From Patescibacteria group bacterium (GTDB lineage Bacteria; Patescibacteriota; Saccharimonadia; Saccharimonadales; VXPC01): a stretch of DNA of 64,000 bases. The translations under genes were made by a program, and so were the position numbers. Shown in pieces: positions 45,122 to 55,234 of the stretch (position 1 is the stretch's first letter; every line of letters starts with the position of its first letter). Under the pieces are notes generated by a model, which was given only the letters and a program-made list of their open reading frames with translations, was not told where the DNA came from and ran no database searches. The stretch lies in the NCBI GenBank assembly GCA_039028495.1, contig JBCCHY010000001.1, positions 3,528 to 67,527 on the forward strand, in the 5' to 3' direction.

Positions 45122-46507
45122 GTGGAAGCAGAAAACCTATGGCAGTCTGTGCTCGGAGAAATCGAGCTGAGCGTATCCAGAGCTAGCTATGTGACTTGGT
45201 TTAAAAACACTCGTCTGCTCCGCCGTAGCGAAGAAGAAATCGTCGTAGGTGTCCCAAATATATTCGCTAAGCAGCAGTTAGAAATGAAGTTTTCTGACCT
45301 GATAACAGACATTTTACGAAAGAACGGCGCTGACCCAGAAGTAGTTTCATTCAAAATACATACCCCGAAAAAAACTATGACTCACGCAAAGACCGAGGAC
45401 GAAGAGACAGTCCAAGTATCCTTTCCCGAAGAGTCCTCTCAGAGCAAGCCCACTAAGAAACCTCCTGCCATGACAGCCGATGTGTCACATGACTACCGCC
45501 AGGGACTAAATAGTAAATACACTTTCGAAAATTTTATATCTGGATCAGGCAATGAGCTAGCCTATGCTGCCTGCCAAGCAGTTGCTAACAAGCCTGGTGA
45601 GAAATATAACCCACTATTCATATACGGTGGAGTGGGTATAGGTAAAACCCATCTCATCCAGGCTGTCGGCAATGAGGTGCTGAAGAATAACCCAAAGGCC
45701 AAGGTTGTCTACGTCACTATCGAGCAGTTCGTGCAGGAATTTACTGACTCTATCAGACACAAAAAAGCTGGGGCATTCGCCCAACACTACCGTAATGTTG
45801 ATGTGTTAATAGTCGACGACATACAGTTCATCGCGAGCAAAGAAAAAACTCAGGAGGAGTTCTTCCATACCTTTAACGTCCTACATCAGGCTAACAAGCA
45901 GGTGATCATCAGCAGCGACAAGCCTCCCCACGCCATCCCAACACTCGAAGAGCGTCTCAGGAGCCGTTTCCAGATGGGAATGAGTATCGACATGCAAACA
46001 CCAGACTTTGAGACACGCTGCGCAATTCTGCAGCTCAAAAGTGACGACGTCGATATCAATATAGATCGTGAAAGCATCGAATTCCTGGCAAATAGTTTCC
46101 CGAGTAACATTCGTGAACTGGAAGGTGCTCTCAATCAACTAGTCGCGTTCTGTGAAATGAGGCAAATAGACGCTAATGTAGACATAGCCAAGCAGGTCTT
46201 TGCAAAGCTAGCCAGCCGCCCTAAACACATCTCGCCAAAACAAGTCGTCGAAAAAGTGGCTCGTTACTACCAAATCACTGTTGAGCAGATTGTCGGACCA
46301 AAACGAGACAAAGACATCGTTCTACCTCGCCAAGTAGCCATGTATCTACTGCGTAGTGAGCTGCACCTGAGTTTCCCTAGAATCGCCCAGGAGCTAGGCC
46401 GCAAGGACCACACCACGGCGATCCATTCAGTTGAAAAGATCGAACGAGAGTCAAAAGTAGACCTCATACTAGCTCAGCAGCTAGGGGAGATAAAGGATAC
46501 TCTATGA
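45122..46507 (+). CDS. dnaA: Chromosomal replication initiator DnaA
   Basis: YTFENF, YNPLFIYGGVGIGKTHL, DDIQF, QEEFFHTFN, NIRELEGAL, RQVAMYL and RKDHTT. Confidence 0.98.
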   Translation: MEAENLWQSVLGEIELSVSRASYVTWFKNTRLLRRSEEEIVVGVPNIFAKQQLEMKFSDLITDILRKNGADPEVVSFKIHTPKKTMTHAKTEDEETVQVSFPEESSQSKPTKKPPAMTADVSHDYRQGLNSKYTFENFISGSGNELAYAACQAVANKPGEKYNPLFIYGGVGIGKTHLIQAVGNEVLKNNPKAKVVYVTIEQFVQEFTDSIRHKKAGAFAQHYRNVDVLIVDDIQFIASKEKTQEEFFHTFNVLHQANKQVIISSDKPPHAIPTLEERLRSRFQMGMSIDMQTPDFETRCAILQLKSDDVDINIDRESIEFLANSFPSNIRELEGALNQLVAFCEMRQIDANVDIAKQVFAKLASRPKHISPKQVVEKVARYYQITVEQIVGPKRDKDIVLPRQVAMYLLRSELHLSFPRIAQELGRKDHTTAIHSVEKIERESKVDLILAQQLGEIKDTL

Positions 46508-46793
46508 TAAGCAACCAACAATATAGCGCTACGAATAGTCCACACACACAACATGGCGCGTCAGTAACTGAGGACAACCGTGCCCCTGCTTGTGCAGAAC
46601 TCTCAACGTACCCACATATTCAAAGAACAAGTGGTCTTGTAGGTCAAATAGACCCACAGCTTTTCCAGAACCGTACACTGATACTTACCCAGGCTTTTGC
46701 TCAAACAGAATTGGTTGATTTAACAGATATCATTGATGTTTTTTGCACAGAATCCACAGGACCTAAAACTATTACTACAAAGGAGATAAATAC
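46508..46793. other. dnaA-dnaN intergenic region, possible second origin half
   Basis: 286-bp spacer with degenerate DnaA-box-like CCACA/GCACA motifs (46535-46543, 46741-46749, 46750-46758). Confidence 0.45.
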
Positions 46794-47888
46794 ATGAATA
46801 TACAAGTTACTCAGGAAAACTTGTCACGTGCACTCAGCAATGTCTCGCGAGTAGCTACAAGCTCACGTGGTGCACTACCTATACTCTCGAACATTCTCAT
46901 CAAAACGACAGACGGAAGACTAACAATCTCTGCGACTAATCTAGAGATAGCAATAACAGAAGTTATCGGTGCAAAGGTCATGAGGGAGGGGTCTATTACA
47001 CTGCCCGCCAAACTTATTCAGGAATATGTCAGCTCTCTACCAAAAGGTACTGTCACGATGGAGCTCGAGGATCATAAACTCAAACTATCCTGCGGTGATT
47101 ACACATCGACGATCAACGGAACACTCGCAGATGACTACCCAGTGATTCCACAGGCAGGAGATAAACACATCTGGAAGATCAACTCAGCAGTACTCAAGAA
47201 AGCTCTGTCGCAGGTAGTATTTGCGGCTAGTTCAGATGATGCGCGTCCTGTACTAACGGGTGTATTGCTACACACTGTAGGTGAGGACGTCTTCTTCGCT
47301 GCTACAGACAGCTATAGGCTCTCAGAAAAGCGTGTTGGTACAAGCAAGAGTGAGATCAGTCTTCTTATCCCCGGTAGCTCGCTCAATGACCTACAGCGCA
47401 TCCTGAGTGATGATGAGGCAGATGTGTTTGTATACGGCGAAGGTGACCAGGTGGCCTTCAAAGTAGGTGATATAGAGCTGGTATCCAGACTGATAGAGGG
47501 TACGTATCCTGACTACCGCAAGCTACTACCTGCCAAATTTGAGAGCTCTGCCGAACTAGAGCGTAGTGAGTACGTGAGTGCAACAAAACTAGCTAGTCTC
47601 TTTGCCCGCGAAAGCGCTGGTGCAATCACTGTTAGCGTCAAACCTGACACAAAGTCTCTCAACATTCAGTCATCTGCCTCTCAGCTAGGTGAAAACTCTA
47701 CGTCACTCAGCGCCAGTGTAGAGGGTGATGGAGTGATATCTCTGAACTCTAGATTCTTACTAGACGGATTACAATCTCTAGAAGGTGACACGGTACAGAT
47801 GTCACTTAATGGTAAGCTCGATCCGTGTGTACTGCGGGCGCCTGAGCATGATGACTATCTACACATCATAATGCCCCTCAAGAGTTAA
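46794..47888 (+). CDS. dnaN: DNA polymerase III beta clamp
   Basis: LPILSNIL, ATNLEI, RPVLTGV, AATDSYRL, SRLIEGTYPDY and IIMPL. Confidence 0.97.
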   Translation: MNIQVTQENLSRALSNVSRVATSSRGALPILSNILIKTTDGRLTISATNLEIAITEVIGAKVMREGSITLPAKLIQEYVSSLPKGTVTMELEDHKLKLSCGDYTSTINGTLADDYPVIPQAGDKHIWKINSAVLKKALSQVVFAASSDDARPVLTGVLLHTVGEDVFFAATDSYRLSEKRVGTSKSEISLLIPGSSLNDLQRILSDDEADVFVYGEGDQVAFKVGDIELVSRLIEGTYPDYRKLLPAKFESSAELERSEYVSATKLASLFARESAGAITVSVKPDTKSLNIQSSASQLGENSTSLSASVEGDGVISLNSRFLLDGLQSLEGDTVQMSLNGKLDPCVLRAPEHDDYLHIIMPLKS

Positions 47889-47910
47889 GGAGAGAGGATA
47901 ATAACTCCCT

Positions 47911-48210
47911 TTAGAGTTTGTAGTAGAGACCAAAGGCACCGACGTGGGTCTCTGTGTTTGTACCAGTAACGGACGAATCAAATATGTCACAGGACAGGTC
48001 TTCTAGACAGTTAGTTATTGACTCATCCTCTACCTCTACTCTATATCCATAGGGCATGGTCTGAACACTATTGATGTTGTAGCCAGTCTCAATTTCTTTA
48101 CGGAGGTTTTTTGTGTAGTAGTCTTCAAACAGTAGATTTACGCCGTATAAACCTGCAGCTACCACTGATAGAACGATTAGTTTAGGTAGTAGCCGAATGA
48201 GAAGAAACAT
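47911..48210 (-). CDS. Small hypothetical membrane-anchored protein
   Basis: 99 aa with an N-terminal TM; 1-nt overlap with the upstream GT stop. Confidence 0.55.
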   Translation of the reverse strand: MFLLIRLLPKLIVLSVVAAGLYGVNLLFEDYYTKNLRKEIETGYNINSVQTMPYGYRVEVEDESITNCLEDLSCDIFDSSVTGTNTETHVGAFGLYYKL

Positions 48211-49313
48211 TACCCTAGGATCCTATCATAGACAGACTTTGTTTCTTTGGCCATTTTGGACCAAGAGTAGTTCTTCACTTGTTTCTTCCCATTTGCGACA
48301 AGCCTTTTTCGCAAAGCCTCATTACTTAACACTTCGTCTATAGCTGCGTACATCTCATCTGCGTTATTAGGGTCAAAGTAGTGAGCTGCATCTCCACATA
48401 TTTCTGGTAAACAAGTGGCGTTACTAGAGACAACAGGGCAGCCACAAACCATGGCCTCTAGATTCATGAGCCCGAAGCCTTCACTGGTGCTGGCTTGTAC
48501 GAATGCAGCGGCATTTGAGTATGCCCAGGACAGCTCTTCGTCAGACACAAAACCTAGAAAGTCTACACCGCTATAGCTATGTTCTTTGACAATACGTTTT
48601 AGCTTGTCCGTGTATTCATTAGGCTTACCTATGATGGCGAGGCGCAGGTCTTTGTGAATTATGCGTAATCTCTGCAGAGTCTTGATAATTTTCAGCTGAC
48701 CCTTGTACTTTGAGCTTTGGCCGACGTACATGAGGTACTTTTTACCCACGAGCTTCTTCACAGGTTTTGTCTTTTCAGGATTTACTTGTCCAGCGGTACC
48801 TTCGTGAGTTACAAATACTTTCTGGGGATCCACACCGGTGTAATCGATGAGATCTTTGGCGGTGTAATTCGTTGGAGCGATGAGCGCATCGTTTCTACGT
48901 GAGATAATGCGTAAGAACACCTTAAATATTAGACGCTTGAACTCGTAGTGCAGCACCCCACGGTTGTAGATGCGTAGATGTATGTAATTTAGGTCATGAA
49001 CGGTAGATACTTTTTTACCTCGGTAGAGGAGAGGTTGCTGAGGCATCCAGAAATGAACCAAGTCAGGCTTTAAGTCCCGTAATGTTCGCCACAAGGTCCA
49101 TTGCTCACGTAGCGTATAGTGAGGTGTGTCTAGGACATAGCTAGAAAAGTTTTTAGATGTTGGTGTCCACGAGTGAGCACCTTTGAAATCTTCACTATGA
49201 CCAATGATTATGTAGTCATCTTCTGAATCAATCTTCTCAAGCTCAGTCAGAAGCTCCCTAGCGTAGCGGCCAGTACTCGTGCGCATTTTGCGAGCATCAA
49301 TAACTATTTTCAT
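48210..49313 (-). CDS. GT4-family glycosyltransferase
   Basis: MKIVIDAR...GRY, TVHDL and SEGFGLMNLEAMVCGCPVVSSN...PEICGDAA. Confidence 0.92.
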   Translation of the reverse strand: MKIVIDARKMRTSTGRYARELLTELEKIDSEDDYIIIGHSEDFKGAHSWTPTSKNFSSYVLDTPHYTLREQWTLWRTLRDLKPDLVHFWMPQQPLLYRGKKVSTVHDLNYIHLRIYNRGVLHYEFKRLIFKVFLRIISRRNDALIAPTNYTAKDLIDYTGVDPQKVFVTHEGTAGQVNPEKTKPVKKLVGKKYLMYVGQSSKYKGQLKIIKTLQRLRIIHKDLRLAIIGKPNEYTDKLKRIVKEHSYSGVDFLGFVSDEELSWAYSNAAAFVQASTSEGFGLMNLEAMVCGCPVVSSNATCLPEICGDAAHYFDPNNADEMYAAIDEVLSNEALRKRLVANGKKQVKNYSWSKMAKETKSVYDRILG

Positions 49314-49386
49314 AACTACTAGTATATATAGCCCCCGCAAAACAAATCCACCATGGTTTGCAAAAGTCCTATATAATTTGCCAGCA

Positions 49387-50211
49387 ATGATCTCCGGATA
49401 TATAGACAGGTTAAAAAAACGCTATAGATACTCGCTAGTACTGCTTAGAGAGCTCGTACGTACAGATTTCAAGCTGCGCTACCAGGATTCAGTACTAGGC
49501 TACATGTGGTCTCTGCTAAAGCCGCTATTTATGTTCCTCGTCCTCTACGTCATATTCGTGAGGTTTTTGAAAATTGGAAGCAATATTGAGAACTGGCCCG
49601 TGGCATTGTTCCTGGGACTAGTGTTATGGGAGTTTTTCAGCGAAGTAACAAAATATGGACTAAAGGCAATTGTTAACAAGAGAGGCATAATACGAAAGAT
49701 TAACTTCTCTAAATTCATAATTATGATCGCTAGCAGCATGTCGGCATTCATAAACCTGCTACTTAACATGATTGTTGTTGCTGTATTTATTATCTTTTCG
49801 GACGTTACAGTTACCTGGTCGATACTACTGGTGCCGTTTTTTGTCCTGCAGCTATATGCGTTTGCGCTCGGTGTGTCGCTGATACTGGCAACTATATATG
49901 TAAAGGCCCGGGATATAGATTTTATCTGGGAGATAGTCATGCGGGCGGGATTTTACGCATCAGCAGTCATGTTTCCGATGACGCGAATCCTTGATGTATC
50001 GGAACTCATGGGCAAGCTGCTACTTCTGAACCCAGTTGCGCAGACTATGCAGGACACCAGACATGCACTAGTTGAGAATATACCCTCGTCGAGCGAGTTA
50101 TTTGGTAACACATTGCTGGCAGCCACCCCAATCATTCTGTCTTTCGTAATCTTTTTCATCGGAGCTATCTATTTCAAAAAGAGAGCTCCGATGTTCGCGG
50201 AGGAGGTCTAG
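49387..50211 (+). CDS. wzm: Polysaccharide ABC exporter permease (Wzm/TagG)
   Basis: ELVRTDFKLRYQDSVLGYMWSLLKPL...RDIDFIW...NPVAQ. Confidence 0.92.
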   Translation: MISGYIDRLKKRYRYSLVLLRELVRTDFKLRYQDSVLGYMWSLLKPLFMFLVLYVIFVRFLKIGSNIENWPVALFLGLVLWEFFSEVTKYGLKAIVNKRGIIRKINFSKFIIMIASSMSAFINLLLNMIVVAVFIIFSDVTVTWSILLVPFFVLQLYAFALGVSLILATIYVKARDIDFIWEIVMRAGFYASAVMFPMTRILDVSELMGKLLLLNPVAQTMQDTRHALVENIPSSSELFGNTLLAATPIILSFVIFFIGAIYFKKRAPMFAEEV

Positions 50212-50214
50212 TAT

Positions 50215-50970
50215 ATGGCTAAACGACTATCGAAAAACGTCATGATCAGGGTTGAGGGTCTTCACAAAGAATTTGTCTTACCTAATCAGAAAAGTGACTC
50301 CATCAAAAAGCGGATTACCCAGATATTCAAAAAAAGAGATGGCGGTCATACGTATAACAAAGCGCTGGACGGCATAAGTTTTGATATTAACAGAGGTGAC
50401 TTTTTCGGAATTGTTGGTCGCAACGGTAGCGGTAAAAGTACGTTACTAAAAATAATATCTGAAATTTATCAGCCAACATCTGGGTCGGTGACCCGTAGAG
50501 GTAGTATCGTAGCCTTTATCGAGCTGGGCGTCGGATTTAACCCTCAGCTATCGGGTAGAGATAATGTTTATCTCAATGGGGCTATGCTAGGGTTTGATCG
50601 AGCTCAGGTAGATGAAATGTATGACGATATTGTGGCTTTCGCCGAGCTAGAAAAATTCATGGATCTGGAGCTTAAAAACTATTCATCGGGAATGCGTGTT
50701 AGGCTGGCTTTTTCGATAGCAATTCGCGCTGATGCGGATGTACTGGTTCTCGACGAAGTGCTAGCGGTCGGGGACAAGGCTTTCAGGGCAAAATGCTATA
50801 ACTACTTCCAAAACCTAAAAGACAACAACAAGACAATAATATTCGTAACCCACAGCATGCCTCAGGTAGAAAAGTACTGTAACAAAGCAATACTAATTGA
50901 AAACGGAAAGATAGCGCACGAGGGCAGCGCATCAGAGGTGGCTGAGAAATATCTAGAACTGTTTAGCTGA
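50215..50970 (+). CDS. wzt: Polysaccharide ABC exporter ATPase (Wzt/TagH), lacking a C-terminal carbohydrate-binding domain
   Basis: GRNGSGKST, YSSGMRVRLAF and LDEVLAVGD. Confidence 0.93.
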   Translation: MAKRLSKNVMIRVEGLHKEFVLPNQKSDSIKKRITQIFKKRDGGHTYNKALDGISFDINRGDFFGIVGRNGSGKSTLLKIISEIYQPTSGSVTRRGSIVAFIELGVGFNPQLSGRDNVYLNGAMLGFDRAQVDEMYDDIVAFAELEKFMDLELKNYSSGMRVRLAFSIAIRADADVLVLDEVLAVGDKAFRAKCYNYFQNLKDNNKTIIFVTHSMPQVEKYCNKAILIENGKIAHEGSASEVAEKYLELFS

Positions 50971-52694
50971 TGAGCAGGACGACCCTATATCTAGATTTTG
51001 TCGAGCCACTTGGTAGCGGTCGATTCAAAATAGAAGGATATCTAGGAGGAGGTGGTAGCGCTACCCTCAAAGACCTGCAGCTGATGGTTAATGGCAGTAA
51101 GCAGGATATAGAGTACGTAAAAAGAAACCAAGAACAAGAAGGCATTGATGGCCACAACCCACTACCTAAAACAACATTCACTGCAGAGATAGTCACTAAA
51201 GATAAAGCTGTTTTGGCAGCCAGCCTACAGGGCCGCAAGATTGCAATTAAGTGTAATAGATTTACGCGCCTCCCTAATCTACTCATTGCCTATAAAAAAA
51301 CGAATGGGCATTTGGTTGTCAGGACAGCTAAGTCAATCAGATTCATACGGTATAGCCGTCCTAAACATGCGTTTTTAGAGCTTCTGACAATACTGTCGGT
51401 TGCGTTCAACTGGCGGCTCGCAACAGCAGCTCAGCGTGTAAGCACGGCAAAGAGCAGAGGTCGCTCGGTGCTGAGTGAGGGGGCAAAGGGTGTTTTTGTG
51501 ACCCTCGAATCGATGCTCGAGATCCCCAGGGCTCTGCTGCTGAGACTTATGTATTGGACGTCTGAGTGGCGAAGCTCAGGGCGGGCGGTCTGGCTTTTTA
51601 GCGACAGGGTTACATCTGCAGGTGATAACGGTGAAGCTTTGTTCAGATACGCAGCAGCCCAAAAAGATCTGCCCGCTGACATATATTTTGTCATTTCTAG
51701 AAAAACACAAAGCTACAAAGAGCTACAGCAAATAGGCCGCGTTGTGGCCTACGGTAGCCTCAAGCACCTATTGGTTTTTCTGCGGGCACATATGGTTATT
51801 TCATCCCATGCAGATATAGAGGTGATTAATCCATTCTTGCGTCAGGCCGATAAATACCGGAATTTATTTCGGTTTAAATTCATTTTTCTGCAACACGGAG
51901 TGATACGTCATGACTTATCGTCATGGCTCAACCGCTATAACAGGAACATAGACCTGTTTATAACCAGCTCACAAGTAGAGTACGACTCCATTCTTTCGAA
52001 TCCGTATTACTACAGCTCTGACAGCGTGTTGCTCAGTGGACTGCCTAGACATGATAGTTATGAGAGTGCCCCAGACAAGACGCTTCTGATTATGCCGACC
52101 CATAGGGCCTATCTGCTCAAAGGTAGAGTCTTACGTAGCGGTGCAAGACCCTACAGCGAGAGCTTCAAAGACTCGCGCTATAGGAACTTTTATAACGATC
52201 TGATTAACGACCCTAAACTACACGCTGCACTTGATAGGAATGGTATGCGAGCTGAGTTTTATCTACATCCAGCCCTAGCAGCGCAGGAAAGAGACTTTAG
52301 TGGTAATAAGCACGTAGAGATCATGAGCTATCCTCATAGCTACAGGAGGGCGTATAAGCACGGGTCTATATTAGTTAGCGACCATTCTAGTGTTATCTTT
52401 GACTTTGTGTATCTGAGCAAACCTGTTCTTTACGCTCATTTTGACAATGAAGAGTTCTACGAAAACCACACCTATACAAAATCAGACTTCTTCGATGATG
52501 AGCGCGACGGGTTTGGACCAGTCTGTACTAGTTATGACGGCTTAGTCGGTGAGCTGATTAAGCAAATAGATGCAGGCTGCAAACTGAAAGGTGCATATAA
52601 AAAACGTGCAGGCAAATATTTTGCATATAAGGATAAGCACAATTCAAAAAGGGTCTATGATGCTATCATAGATAGAGCAAGACAACAGGGATAG
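50970..52694 (+). CDS. CDP-glycerol glycerophosphotransferase (TagB/TagF family)
   Basis: WLFSDR...AGDNGEALFRY, FLQHGV, GLPRHD, IMPTHR, LVSDHSSVIFDFVYLSKP and NSKRVY. Confidence 0.88.
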   Translation: MSRTTLYLDFVEPLGSGRFKIEGYLGGGGSATLKDLQLMVNGSKQDIEYVKRNQEQEGIDGHNPLPKTTFTAEIVTKDKAVLAASLQGRKIAIKCNRFTRLPNLLIAYKKTNGHLVVRTAKSIRFIRYSRPKHAFLELLTILSVAFNWRLATAAQRVSTAKSRGRSVLSEGAKGVFVTLESMLEIPRALLLRLMYWTSEWRSSGRAVWLFSDRVTSAGDNGEALFRYAAAQKDLPADIYFVISRKTQSYKELQQIGRVVAYGSLKHLLVFLRAHMVISSHADIEVINPFLRQADKYRNLFRFKFIFLQHGVIRHDLSSWLNRYNRNIDLFITSSQVEYDSILSNPYYYSSDSVLLSGLPRHDSYESAPDKTLLIMPTHRAYLLKGRVLRSGARPYSESFKDSRYRNFYNDLINDPKLHAALDRNGMRAEFYLHPALAAQERDFSGNKHVEIMSYPHSYRRAYKHGSILVSDHSSVIFDFVYLSKPVLYAHFDNEEFYENHTYTKSDFFDDERDGFGPVCTSYDGLVGELIKQIDAGCKLKGAYKKRAGKYFAYKDKHNSKRVYDAIIDRARQQG

Positions 52695-52695
52695 C

Positions 52696-53565
52696 ATGAG
52701 CAAAAAAGTCAAAAAGCCAATAGTTGCTGTAGTGACTAGGACTAGAGACAGGCCACTTTTTTTAAAGAGAGCGATTAGTTCGATAGCCGAGCAGACGTTT
52801 ACAGACTATGTGCATGTCATAGTCAATGATGGAGGTGATAGAGAGACGCTCGAGAGCATTATTGGTGATTTAGACGCAGCTACTAGGGATAGAATCAGGC
52901 TTTTTCACAGAGATTCAGCCAGTCAGGGTCCAGACACAATATTTAGTGAGTCTGCTGATAGAGTCGACTCTGAATATATTGTCATGCATGACGATGATGA
53001 CACGTGGCACCCTGAGTTTCTAGAGCGTACACACGCAGTGCTTAAAACAGGCGCTGTAGGTGTTGCTGTACGGACAGACCGTGTCTATGAAAAGGCGACT
53101 GAGGACAAAATAGACATAAAATCAAAGATTAGGTATATGCCTGATGTGGACTCAATAAGTCTATACCGACAGTGCTACGAAAATCTCCTAACACCAATCC
53201 TATTTATATACTCCAGAGAAGTTTATGAAACCGTTGGTAAATATGATGACACCATGACCGTTGCAGGTGACTGGGAGTTCGGCATTCGCTTTTTGAGTAG
53301 GTATGACATTGAGTATTTGGATCCTGGCTTTGCACTAGCTAACTATCATCAGCGTGTAAATCGTCGTGACAATAGCTATGCCCAACACAGTCATAGACAG
53401 CAGATAACTAGAGTTACCAACAAATATCTCAGACGTGACCTAGAGAACGGCTCTCTGGGTCTCGGCTACATCATTAACAAGCTCCGCTATGATCATGACG
53501 ACAGAGTCAGACTCCTAAAAAAGCTGACGCCAAAGAGCCTCTACAGGAAGCTGCGAAGAAGATAG
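52696..53565 (+). CDS. GT2-family glycosyltransferase
   Basis: RTRDRP..L.RAI.SI..QTF, VNDGG, HDDDDTWHPEFL and GDWEF. Confidence 0.9.
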   Translation: MSKKVKKPIVAVVTRTRDRPLFLKRAISSIAEQTFTDYVHVIVNDGGDRETLESIIGDLDAATRDRIRLFHRDSASQGPDTIFSESADRVDSEYIVMHDDDDTWHPEFLERTHAVLKTGAVGVAVRTDRVYEKATEDKIDIKSKIRYMPDVDSISLYRQCYENLLTPILFIYSREVYETVGKYDDTMTVAGDWEFGIRFLSRYDIEYLDPGFALANYHQRVNRRDNSYAQHSHRQQITRVTNKYLRRDLENGSLGLGYIINKLRYDHDDRVRLLKKLTPKSLYRKLRRR

Positions 53566-53568
53566 GTT

Positions 53569-55218
53569 ATGAGTAGCCGCATTAAAAAGATTGTTCTGCT
53601 GATCCTGAAACTAGCAGACATTATGCTAAGTTATCTCATGGTTCCTCTGCAGGTCCAAAAAGGCATTACTGCAGCCAGAAAGCTTGGCAGGAGAAAGGTC
53701 CTGGCCGCGCTGTTTGATGGCCAATTTAACGCATATGAAGAGATCAGCAGAAATACAGAGCTAATCATCTCTGCCCTTAAGAGAGCTAATATCGACCACA
53801 TAGTCTTCAAAAGACTAGACCAGACAGTGTCTATTGCCGTCATTGATTCTGCCGATAGGTCACTAGAAGCCGTTCAGGCGTTAGATCTAGAGGGTTATTA
53901 TTACGAAACGCATAGGGACAAGAACAACTCACGAATAGGCCGCCTGGCGAGTCGGTTACCAAAAAGGGTGGGTAGCATACGAGCAATCTCTTTTTACAGA
54001 CACTTAACAACAGATGGTGCTCGGGCTGTGAATGGTAAACCGTATCAGGTTACACTAGAGTTTTGGACTTCGTTTAAGCACTCAGGTAGTGGCACTGTGC
54101 AGCGTGTCATGGATGAATTCGGGATTAGCGACAAGCAGGCCCTCAAGGGAGCACTCATAGCTTCTATTGGAAATGATATCGCTCGCATATTTGCACCTGA
54201 CACCCAGAAGCGCTCAACCACAAAAATATATGGAAAAAATTATCCGACACTTCAGATTTTCAAAGAAAAGCTCCTAGCAGAAGTCACGTTCCCTATAGAT
54301 ATTGTGTATACATGGGTTGATGGGTCTGACCCGCTGTGGTTAGAAAAATACGAAGAACACCGCCGGCTAGAAGACCCAAACTACTCCAACAACTCCATGT
54401 CAAGGTACAGCGATCATGATGAGCTGAGACACTCCCTCAGATCAGCGGAGATGTACGCTCCGTGGGTGCGCAATATCTATATCGTAACCATGGGTCAGAG
54501 ACCTAAGTGGTTAAAGAAAAGCAGCGGCAAGGTCAAGATTATAGATCACAAGGATGTATTTACAGACCCTAGTGTGTTGCCTGTGTTTAACTCCCACGCT
54601 ATTGAGACACAGCTGCATCATATAGACGGTTTGAGCGAGCACTTTTTATACTTGAACGACGACATACTCTTTACAAACATGACGAGACCATCGGACTTCT
54701 TTTTTGCTAATGGTGTTGCGAGGGTGCAGCCGTCCTCTGCCCAGATAGGCACAGGCAATCCTGTACCGGGTGAGGTAGCTCCAAGCTCAGCCGGTAAAAA
54801 TGCCAGAAAACTGCTAAAAAAAGAACTCAGTGTATATATAACAGACAAGTTTCGGCACGTACCTCACCCACAAATAAAAACAGCATCACAGGATATAGAA
54901 AGGGTTTTTAGCAGACTTGTAGCATCTACTATGAAATCTCGATTCAGAGATCCTAGCGATATACCTTTCACGAGCATCTTGTCTCAAAGCTACCTCCTAG
55001 GTTCAGGTAAAGGAGTCCCGGCGCCCATTCACACAAGAACGATCAATATATCTGACAGAGGATCAGTAAAAGCACTACTTGATCTAGAAAGAGACCCTGA
55101 ATGCAAAACAGTCTGCATAAATGAAGGCACCGACAGAGTTGATAGGGACGTAATTACAGAAAGAATGAGCAGATATCTAGGAAGTAACTTTCCGTTTAAA
55201 TCCAGGTATGAGATATAG
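53569..55218 (+). CDS. Stealth-family hexose-1-phosphate transferase
   Basis: CR1 FPIDIVYTWVDGSDP, CR2 ELRHSLRS..MYAPWVRNIYIVT..Q.P...FNSHAIE...LSEHFLYLNDD, CR4 CINE...FPFKSRYE. Confidence 0.92.
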   Translation: MSSRIKKIVLLILKLADIMLSYLMVPLQVQKGITAARKLGRRKVLAALFDGQFNAYEEISRNTELIISALKRANIDHIVFKRLDQTVSIAVIDSADRSLEAVQALDLEGYYYETHRDKNNSRIGRLASRLPKRVGSIRAISFYRHLTTDGARAVNGKPYQVTLEFWTSFKHSGSGTVQRVMDEFGISDKQALKGALIASIGNDIARIFAPDTQKRSTTKIYGKNYPTLQIFKEKLLAEVTFPIDIVYTWVDGSDPLWLEKYEEHRRLEDPNYSNNSMSRYSDHDELRHSLRSAEMYAPWVRNIYIVTMGQRPKWLKKSSGKVKIIDHKDVFTDPSVLPVFNSHAIETQLHHIDGLSEHFLYLNDDILFTNMTRPSDFFFANGVARVQPSSAQIGTGNPVPGEVAPSSAGKNARKLLKKELSVYITDKFRHVPHPQIKTASQDIERVFSRLVASTMKSRFRDPSDIPFTSILSQSYLLGSGKGVPAPIHTRTINISDRGSVKALLDLERDPECKTVCINEGTDRVDRDVITERMSRYLGSNFPFKSRYEI

Positions 55219-55234
55219 TATCTGACAACGCACA

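Noticed and set aside
46504-46797. 97-aa ORF bridging dnaA and dnaN
   Set aside because: It has no recognisable motif and covers a spacer with DnaA-box-like sites. dnaN has its own AGGAG SD. The ATGA overlaps at both ends are curious, so it is not entirely excluded.
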